Part shown: positions 25,302-31,657 of the stretch, one piece after another
Numbering within the stretch: the first letter of the stretch is position 1
How the letters are laid out: every line of letters begins with the position of its first letter
NCBI GenBank assembly: GCA_040752415.1
Contig: JBFMGU010000121.1
Location: 1 to 31,657 of the forward strand
Direction: 5' to 3'
From: Myxococcota bacterium
Lineage (GTDB): Bacteria > Myxococcota > JACRCW01
Length of the DNA: 31,657 nucleotides
Position numbers and translations under genes: made by a program
Notes under the pieces: model-generated
What the model was told of the DNA's origin: nothing
What the model saw: only the letters and a program-made list of their open reading frames with translations
Database searches by the model: none

Positions 25302-26576
25302 TCAGAAGTACGCCTTGAACTGCAGGAACGCGCTGGCCGGCGAGGTGCCGAACTCACTGCCGAGCTTCAGCGGCCGGGTCGGGTCGCCGGTGGGGGTGCT
25401 GGCGGGGCGCTCGCCCAGCGTGGCGTAGGCGCCGGCGGCAAGCACCGCGTCGTCGGAGAGGCTCCACGTCAGCGAGGGGCCCAGCAACATGCTCTGGTCC
25501 CCCAGGTTGGCCACCGACGAGCAGCCCACCGTCAGCACCGGCAGCAACTCGAAGCTCGCGCTAAGCGCACCGTAATACCGGCCCAGCGCCCAGATCTCCC
25601 CGCGGGCGAACTCCGGGCGGCGCGCCACGTCGTAGTAGTCGGACGGGCGCTCTCCGCCCAGCGTCTGCACGTAGAGCTCACCCGAGAGCATCAGCCCGTT
25701 CTCGAACCGGCGGTCCACGCCGAGGGCGGCGCGCAGGTAGGGACGGCGGAGATCCGCGGGCAGCGTCACCGTTCCCTCCGCGCGCACGCCAAAGCCCAGC
25801 AGCTCTCCCGCGGTGTCCGCTCCCAGCACGGCCTGGCGGTGGACCTCCGCCGCAAACACGCCCACGTCGACGCCGAACACCGTGCTGCCCACGTGCGCGG
25901 CGAGCACCAGGCCATCCAGGTCCCAGCTCCCCGCGTAGGCGGCCACCAGCGTGAGCTTGTTGGAGGTGCCGGAGTAGACGTCGGCGCGCAGCGCGTCCAC
26001 GCCGGGCTTGTACTCGCGGTCCACCACCAGCGGATGGAACGGTGCCACCACGTCCAGCGGCGTGAAGAAGAACGTGGTGCCAAAGCTCATGGCCTGTCTC
26101 CCGACGGTGAAATCCAGGTTGGGAAACCGCAGCGTCAGCGCCGCGCGGTCCACGCGCACGTTCATCCCCAGGCCCGACGAGCTCACCAGCGTGCGACTCA
26201 GCGTGATGGCCTCCGGCTGCGGCGTCAGCCGCGCGGACGCCCCCGCCCCGACGCCACCCGCGGGCGCGCCGTAGGCGGTCACCAGGTTGGGATGCACCAC
26301 CACCCGCAGCCAGTCGCCCACCGCGGCGTCGAGCTTGAGGCGCACGTCCAGCAGCGCGCGGCCCTGCGGGTCCTGCGGCAGGAGCGCGTGCTCATAGGGA
26401 AACACCGCCACCAGGAAGGTCTTCACGTCGCCACCGGCCTCCAGGCTCACGTGCTCGTTGGCAAGGACCTCCAGCGCCCGCACCGGTGACGACGAGAGAT
26501 CCAGCGCCAGCGCCACCGTGACCGCAAGGGGCGCCACCCGCGTGACGACGGAAAAACGTGGCCGGTCGCAACCCAT
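25302..26576 (-). CDS. Outer-membrane beta-barrel protein
   Basis: N-terminal hydrophobic stretch; VDRA..TVGRQAMSFG..PLD..DREYKPGVDALR; amphipathic strands; terminal FLQFKAYF beta-signal. Confidence 0.8.
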   Translation of the reverse strand: MGCDRPRFSVVTRVAPLAVTVALALDLSSSPVRALEVLANEHVSLEAGGDVKTFLVAVFPYEHALLPQDPQGRALLDVRLKLDAAVGDWLRVVVHPNLVTAYGAPAGGVGAGASARLTPQPEAITLSRTLVSSSGLGMNVRVDRAALTLRFPNLDFTVGRQAMSFGTTFFFTPLDVVAPFHPLVVDREYKPGVDALRADVYSGTSNKLTLVAAYAGSWDLDGLVLAAHVGSTVFGVDVGVFAAEVHRQAVLGADTAGELLGFGVRAEGTVTLPADLRRPYLRAALGVDRRFENGLMLSGELYVQTLGGERPSDYYDVARRPEFARGEIWALGRYYGALSASFELLPVLTVGCSSVANLGDQSMLLGPSLTWSLSDDAVLAAGAYATLGERPASTPTGDPTRPLKLGSEFGTSPASAFLQFKAYF

Positions 26577-26612
26577 CCGCCCTCCGGAGAACCCCAGGAA
26601 ACCGGGGTCGAC

Positions 26613-26647
26613 TTGACGAACTGACCAAATATAGCAAAATGGTCAGT
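26613..26647 (+). promoter_or_regulatory. Promoter with palindromic TetR operator (ACTGACCA-N12-TGGTCAGT)
   Basis: TTGACG (26613-26618), 16 bp, CAAAAT (26635-26640), 7 nt, ATG 26648; IR arms 26620-26627 and 26640-26647, between divergent genes. Confidence 0.72.
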
Positions 26648-27448
26648 ATGACCAAGCGCCAGACCTCCCCGAGCAAGAAGTCCGCGCGTCCCGTCGTGGA
26701 GCCGCGGGAGGCCATGCAGGGCGCGGTCCGCCTGTGGACGGAGCGGATCTCGCGCGGCGGGCACGCGTCCCAGAAGGAGCTGGAGGCCCAGTCGCAACGC
26801 TTGATCGACACGTATCTGCCGGCGCTGGACCCCAACGACCCCAAGACGCGCAAGCGCAACCGCATCCTGCGCGCCGCGGCGGATCACTTCGTGCGCAGCG
26901 GCTACCGCAAGACCAGCATGGATGACGTGGCCCGCGACGCGCACGTGGCCAAGGGCACGCTCTATCTCTACTTCCCCAACAAGGCGGAGCTGCTGATGGC
27001 GGCGCTCTCCGACGAGAAGGCGCGCCAGATCCCCCGTCTCATGGGGATGATGAAGCAGGAGCTCTCCGGGCCGGAGTTCCTCCGCCAGTGGCTCCTCAGC
27101 TCCCTGCTGGCGCTGCAGGAGATGCCGCTCACCCTGCGCATGATGAGCGGGGACCGCGAGATCATGCTCGCCTTCGAGGAGCTGAACCGCGAGATGCGCA
27201 CCGACATCCTGTCCTTGCAGAAGGAAGCGGTGGTGAGCTTCCTGGCCACGGCGGGGAAGGGGCGCTGGAGCGCGCCGGAGCTGGAGGACGCGGCCCAGGT
27301 GGTGATGGCGCTGTTCTACGCGGCCGGCCCGCTCTTTGAACCAAAGTCGCGCGGCGAGGTGCCGGTGGAGCGGTTCGCCGCCGCGCTGGTGAACATGATC
27401 GTCGACGGGATCGTCGGCGGAACGCGGGGGAAGGGAGCAGTGAGATGA
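26648..27448 (+). CDS. TetR/AcrR family transcriptional regulator with N-terminal extension
   Basis: RILRAAADHFVRSGYRKTSMDDVARDAHVAKGTLYLYFPNKAEL. Confidence 0.9.
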   Translation: MTKRQTSPSKKSARPVVEPREAMQGAVRLWTERISRGGHASQKELEAQSQRLIDTYLPALDPNDPKTRKRNRILRAAADHFVRSGYRKTSMDDVARDAHVAKGTLYLYFPNKAELLMAALSDEKARQIPRLMGMMKQELSGPEFLRQWLLSSLLALQEMPLTLRMMSGDREIMLAFEELNREMRTDILSLQKEAVVSFLATAGKGRWSAPELEDAAQVVMALFYAAGPLFEPKSRGEVPVERFAAALVNMIVDGIVGGTRGKGAVR

Positions 27449-28218
27449 AGACGCAGATGGCGGTGAGCCGGTTGCTTGCGGTGGTGACGACGTTGCTGCT
27501 GTCCTGGAGCACCGCGCCCGCGCAGGCCATGGACCCGACCTTGGCGGAGATCCTGCGCATCCAGGACGAGAGCGCGCGGGGCTCCTCCAGCGTGGGCACC
27601 ATGACCATGCGCATCAAGACCGCGCAGTGGGAGCGCACCCTGACCTTGAAGACGTGGAGCCAGGGCACCAACAAGACGCTGGTGCGCATTGAGGCGCCCG
27701 CCAAGGAGAAGGGCACGGCCACGCTGAAGGTGGACGGGGACATCTGGAACTACCTGCCCAAGGTGGACCGCACCATCAAGGTGCCGGGGTCCATGATGTC
27801 GGCGTCGTGGATGGGCAGTCACTTCAGCAATGACGACCTGGTGCGCGAATCCCGCTTCACCGACCACTTCACCTGCCAGTTCCTGCAGAAGGCGGATCCC
27901 GCCGCGGGGCGGCACCACCACGTCGTGGAGTGCACCCCCAGGCCCACCGCGCCGGTGGTGTGGGGCAAGGTGCAGCTGCGCGTCCGCGCCGAGGACAAGC
28001 TGGCCGACCAGGTCACCTACTACGACGAGAAGGGCGCCCTGGTGCGCACCATGACCTTCTCCGGGTTCGACGTGGTGGGTGGGCGCAAGATGGCGCGACG
28101 CATGCAGCTCACCGTGGCCGACCGCCCCAACGAGCTGACCGAGATCCACTACGACGAGATCACCTTTGACGTGAAGCACCCCGAGCAGACCTTCACGTTG
28201 CAGGCGCTCAAACGCTAA
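27445..28218 (+). CDS. LolA-like outer membrane lipoprotein-sorting protein
   Basis: Signal peptide (AQA); PAKEKGTATLK..IWNYLPKVDRTIKVPGSMMSASWMGSHFSNDDL; ATGA coupling to tetR. Confidence 0.88.
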   Translation: MKTQMAVSRLLAVVTTLLLSWSTAPAQAMDPTLAEILRIQDESARGSSSVGTMTMRIKTAQWERTLTLKTWSQGTNKTLVRIEAPAKEKGTATLKVDGDIWNYLPKVDRTIKVPGSMMSASWMGSHFSNDDLVRESRFTDHFTCQFLQKADPAAGRHHHVVECTPRPTAPVVWGKVQLRVRAEDKLADQVTYYDEKGALVRTMTFSGFDVVGGRKMARRMQLTVADRPNELTEIHYDEITFDVKHPEQTFTLQALKR

Positions 28219-28246
28219 CGGGTCCTAAACAGGAGCGGAGACGCAC

Positions 28247-29461
28247 GTGGGTACCTTCCGGTTGGCCTGGCGGAACATCTGGCGTCACAAACGTCGCACC
28301 GGCATCACGCTGGCGGCGCTCAGCCTGGCGCTGGTCTTCACCGTCCTCTACGGCAGCATGATGGAAGGCTACATGGTGAACATGGAGCAGGGCGCGCTGG
28401 ACTTCGACATCGGCGGCGCCCAGGTGTTCGCGCCCGGCTACCAGGACAAGCCTTCCATCCACACCCGCATGGCCGACGCCGCGGACATCGTGCAGCGGCT
28501 GGAGCAGCAGGGCATCCCAGCCGCGGCGCGCCTGCTGGCCTCCGGGCTGGTGGCGTCGGGAGAGGCGTCCGCCGGTGCGCAGCTCCGGGGCATTGACCTG
28601 GCCCGCGACACCCGGGTGCTCTCCATCAACACCCAGCTGAAGGAAGGTCGCTGGCTGGACGGCGCCGACCCGCGTGGCGTGGTGCTGGGCGTCAAGCTGG
28701 CGCGCGTGCTGGGCGTGAAGCTGGGCGACGAGCTGGTGGTGCTCTCCCAGGCCACCGACGGCAGCATTGCCAACGAGCTCTTCACCGTGCGCGGCGTGCT
28801 GCTCAGCGTGGGAGAGGCCACCGACCGCAGCGGCGTGTTCCTGACGGATCAGGCCTTCCGCGAGCTGATGTCCTTTGACGGCGGTGCGCACCAGGTGGTG
28901 GTGAAGCGCCCGGTGGAGATGCCGCTCCCCGTGCTGGCGCAGCGCGTGATGGCCGCCGCGCCCGCGCGGGACGTGCAGACCTGGCGTCAGCTCAATCCCA
29001 TCCTGGCGACGATGATGGACTCCGTGCGCGGCATGATGGCGTTCATCTTCTTCATCGTGAACATTGCCACCGCCATTGTGATCCTCAACGCCATGCTGAT
29101 GGCGGTGTTTGAGCGCATCAAGGAGTTCGGCATCCTGAAGGCGCTGGGGGCGGGCGCCACCGACGTGCTGAAGCTGATCTACGCCGAGAGCCTCCTGCAG
29201 GTGGTGCTGGCGGTGGGCGTGGCGCTCGTGGTGGGAACGCCCGCGCTCTGGTACCTGAGCGTGTACGGCGTGGACATGGGCGCGCTGGCCGGCGTCTCCG
29301 CGATGGGACTGGCCATGGTGAGCAACTGGCACGCCGTGGTCAGCGTTCCCGGCATCCTGACACCGTTCCTCATCATGCTCGTGGTGGTCTCCGTGGCGGT
29401 GCTCTATCCCGCGCTGAAGGCCGCGCTCATCCAACCGGTGAAGGCCATCCACCACACCTGA
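28247..29461 (+). CDS. ABC transporter permease (FtsX/MacB/LolC-E family)
   Basis: LAWRNIWRHKRRT; large periplasmic loop; VFERIKEFGILKALG; LYPALKAA. Confidence 0.92.
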   Translation: MGTFRLAWRNIWRHKRRTGITLAALSLALVFTVLYGSMMEGYMVNMEQGALDFDIGGAQVFAPGYQDKPSIHTRMADAADIVQRLEQQGIPAAARLLASGLVASGEASAGAQLRGIDLARDTRVLSINTQLKEGRWLDGADPRGVVLGVKLARVLGVKLGDELVVLSQATDGSIANELFTVRGVLLSVGEATDRSGVFLTDQAFRELMSFDGGAHQVVVKRPVEMPLPVLAQRVMAAAPARDVQTWRQLNPILATMMDSVRGMMAFIFFIVNIATAIVILNAMLMAVFERIKEFGILKALGAGATDVLKLIYAESLLQVVLAVGVALVVGTPALWYLSVYGVDMGALAGVSAMGLAMVSNWHAVVSVPGILTPFLIMLVVVSVAVLYPALKAALIQPVKAIHHT

Positions 29462-29477
29462 AGACACGGAGGAGCTC

Positions 29478-30722
29478 GTGGGTCCATTCATGTTGGCCTC
29501 CATGGCCTGGCGCAACCTGTGGCGGAACACCCGCCGCACCGTGATCACGTTGTCGTCGATTGTGTTCGCGGTGTTCGTGGCGGTGATGGGCACCGGGGTG
29601 CAGGACTCCAACTGGGAGGAGATCGTCAACACCGCGGCGCGGCTGGGCGGCGGACACGTCACCGTGCAGCACCGCGAATACCAGGATAAACCCACACTAA
29701 GCAGGACCGTGCGCGCCGCGCCCGAGCTGTTGGAGACGCTGGGACGTCAGCCGCACGTGACGCGCGTGGTCCGTCGCGTGGTGGGGCAGGTCATGCTGTC
29801 CACCACCTCCGACAGCGCCGGCGCGGGATTCGTGGCCTATGACCCCGCGCGGGAAGACGAAACCACATTGTCGGTGCTGAAGACCCTGCACCAGGGCCAG
29901 GCGTTCACCTCCCCCGACGACAAAGGCATGGTGCTGGGCGTCCGCCTGGCGCAGAACCTGGGCGCGGAGGTGGGCACCAAGGTGGTCTACACGCTCACCG
30001 ACAAGCAGGGCGAGATCGTCAACGGCATGGCGCGGGTGACCGGGATTGTGAAGACCGGCTCACCCGGCGCGGACCTGGGGCTGTGCTTCCTCCCGCTGCG
30101 CGCGGTGCAGGAGGTGCTGGGCTACGCCCCCGACGAGAGCACCCAGGTGGCCGTGTTCCTCCATGACCAGCGCGCTTCTCCCGCGGTGGCCGAGCGCGTG
30201 GGGGCGCTGGTACCCGGCGTCGCTTCTTTGACCTGGAAGGAGACCCAGCCGGACCTGGACAACCTCATTGCCGTCAAGAAGGGCGGCATGGTGTTCCTGG
30301 AGGTGCTCTTCATGCTGCTGTGCGCCGCAGGCATCTTCAACACGCTCTTCGTCAGCGTCATGGAGCGGCTCCGGGAGTTCGGGATCCTCGTCGCCATTGG
30401 CATGAGCTCCGCGCGACTCTTCCTCATGATCATGCTGGAGAGCCTCTGGCTGGCGCTGGTGGGGCTGGTGGTCTCGGTGCTGGCGCTGGCGTACCCGTAC
30501 CACTTCATGAACACCGTGGGCGTGGACATCTCCCAGCGCGTTGGCGCGCAGCAGGCCGACGTGGCCGGCGTGGGAATGCCCATGGTGCTGAAAGCCGCCA
30601 TCTACCCCGAGAACGCCGCGGCCATTGCGGTAGCGGCCATCCTCGCCACGCTGACGGCCGGTCTGTACCCGGCGTGGCGCGCGGGACGCGTGGAACCCGT
30701 GGAATCCATCAAGCTGGTGTGA
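29478..30722 (+). CDS. ABC transporter permease (FtsX/MacB/LolC-E family)
   Basis: MAWRNLWRNTRRT; VMERLREFGILVAIG; LYPAWRAGRVEPVE. Confidence 0.92.
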   Translation: MGPFMLASMAWRNLWRNTRRTVITLSSIVFAVFVAVMGTGVQDSNWEEIVNTAARLGGGHVTVQHREYQDKPTLSRTVRAAPELLETLGRQPHVTRVVRRVVGQVMLSTTSDSAGAGFVAYDPAREDETTLSVLKTLHQGQAFTSPDDKGMVLGVRLAQNLGAEVGTKVVYTLTDKQGEIVNGMARVTGIVKTGSPGADLGLCFLPLRAVQEVLGYAPDESTQVAVFLHDQRASPAVAERVGALVPGVASLTWKETQPDLDNLIAVKKGGMVFLEVLFMLLCAAGIFNTLFVSVMERLREFGILVAIGMSSARLFLMIMLESLWLALVGLVVSVLALAYPYHFMNTVGVDISQRVGAQQADVAGVGMPMVLKAAIYPENAAAIAVAAILATLTAGLYPAWRAGRVEPVESIKLV

Positions 30723-30733
30723 AGGAGCACGTC

Positions 30734-31423
30734 ATGGACGCACCCATCGTCGAGCTGAAGCAGGTCACCAAGGTGTATCGGCAGGGCAGGGTGGACGTGA
30801 ATGCGCTGCGCGGCCTGGACCTCAAGGTCCACCCCGGTGAGTTCACCGCCATTTGCGGTCCCTCCGGCTCCGGCAAGACCACCGCGCTCAACCTCATGGG
30901 CGCGCTGGACCGGCCCACCTCCGGCTCGGTTGTTGTCGAGGGGAGACGACTGGACACGCTGAGCCGCAAGGAGCTTGGCCGCATGCGCAGGGATCGCATT
31001 GGCTTCGTGTTCCAGGCCTACAACCTGGTGCCCGTGCTCACCGCGTACGAGAACGCCGAGATGGTCATGGCCATGCAGGGCGTGGACGCGCGGCAGCGTC
31101 GGGTCCGCGTCATGGAGCTGCTGGCGCGCGTGGGGCTGTCCGGCATGGAGAATCGCAAGCCCGCGGAGATGTCCGGTGGTCAGCAGCAGCGGGTGGCCAT
31201 TGCACGCGCCATTGCCGCCAGCCCTGCCGTGGTGCTGGCGGATGAGCCCACCGCCAACGTCGACAGCGAAACCGCGGAGAAGCTGCTCTCGCTCATGGAG
31301 GAGCTCAACCGCGAGCGCAAGGTGACGTTCGTGTTCTCCACCCACGACCCTCGGGTCATGGAGCGCGCGCGTCGCATTGTGCATATGAAGGACGGGGCGG
31401 TGACGCGCGAAGAGATGCACTGA
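30734..31423 (+). CDS. ABC transporter ATP-binding protein (LolD/MacB-like)
   Basis: RBS aaggag; Walker A GPSGSGKT; MSGGQQQRVAIARA; VLADEPTANVD; STHD. Confidence 0.95.
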   Translation: MDAPIVELKQVTKVYRQGRVDVNALRGLDLKVHPGEFTAICGPSGSGKTTALNLMGALDRPTSGSVVVEGRRLDTLSRKELGRMRRDRIGFVFQAYNLVPVLTAYENAEMVMAMQGVDARQRRVRVMELLARVGLSGMENRKPAEMSGGQQQRVAIARAIAASPAVVLADEPTANVDSETAEKLLSLMEELNRERKVTFVFSTHDPRVMERARRIVHMKDGAVTREEMH

Positions 31424-31426
31424 GGG

Positions 31427-31460
31427 TGTCCGGAATTCAGTCACCCTGTCCGGAATTCAG
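31427..31460. repeat. Tandem 14-bp direct repeat tgtccggaattcag (20-bp period), each in a small hairpin
   Basis: Copies at 31427-31440 and 31447-31460; flanked by gggtg/caccc and ctgtc/gacag. Confidence 0.7.
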
Positions 31461-31505
31461 ACAGGTCCGGACCGTCCTCCCACGCGATTTCCGTCGAGAA
31501 CCGGG

Positions 31506-31522
31506 TTGGCATTGCGCGTGCT
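31506..31522 (+). promoter_or_regulatory. Possible sigma-54 promoter for a gene beyond the window
   Basis: ttGGcattgcgcgtGCt has GG-N10-GC spacing. Confidence 0.3.
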
Positions 31523-31657
31523 CTGCGCTCCCACGCCCCCCCGGCCCCAAGAACAAACCAGCCAGGCGGCGTGGCCACAATGCCTGGCTGGGGGGCTAAG
31601 AGACAGTGGGGGTTGGCACGGAGATAAGCACCGGAATTGCCAGATTCCGACCGGGAA

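Noticed and set aside
3070..31444. Long antisense or alternate-frame ORFs (e.g. 3070-5064, 17560-19005, 22058-23425, 28208-29695)
   Set aside because: Expected in high-GC DNA opposite real genes; no motifs.
31613..31630. Sigma-54 promoter ttggcacggagataagc
   Set aside because: GG to GC spacing is 11 rather than 10.

Overview
GC-rich bacterial chromosomal window that looks Myxococcota/deltaproteobacterial, inferred from its Cys-rich lipoproteins, CsgG/TolB-N-like paralogs and STAS/SEC14-like protein. It holds about 30 genes, mostly accessory. Recognisable genes: an OafA/OatA-like acyltransferase-SGNH, two SDR-type oxidoreductases, a DUF2652-SRPBCC fusion, two TetR regulators each with a visible palindromic operator, a CorA-like transporter lacking the GMN motif, a compact pentameric ligand-gated ion channel, two metallophosphoesterases, and an outer-membrane barrel / TetR / LolA-like / LolCDE-like ABC locus. 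Most notable: (i) a minus-strand block (22211-25215) with an unrecognised candidate toxin, a translationally coupled candidate immunity gene and an alpha/beta-hydrolase, the toxin and hydrolase having disordered N-termini and no signal peptide, plus a similar EF-hand + NlpC/P60-like protein at 12523; (ii) a ~650-bp non-coding A-B-A mosaic of nested inverted repeats (6411-7059); (iii) a MenA1/MenT1-like toxin-antitoxin pair whose toxin has a 1-bp deletion in the catalytic DxD motif. All family calls come from motif recognition by eye; no database searches were run. Several start codons were moved downstream of the ORF-track starts using RBS or signal-peptide evidence.
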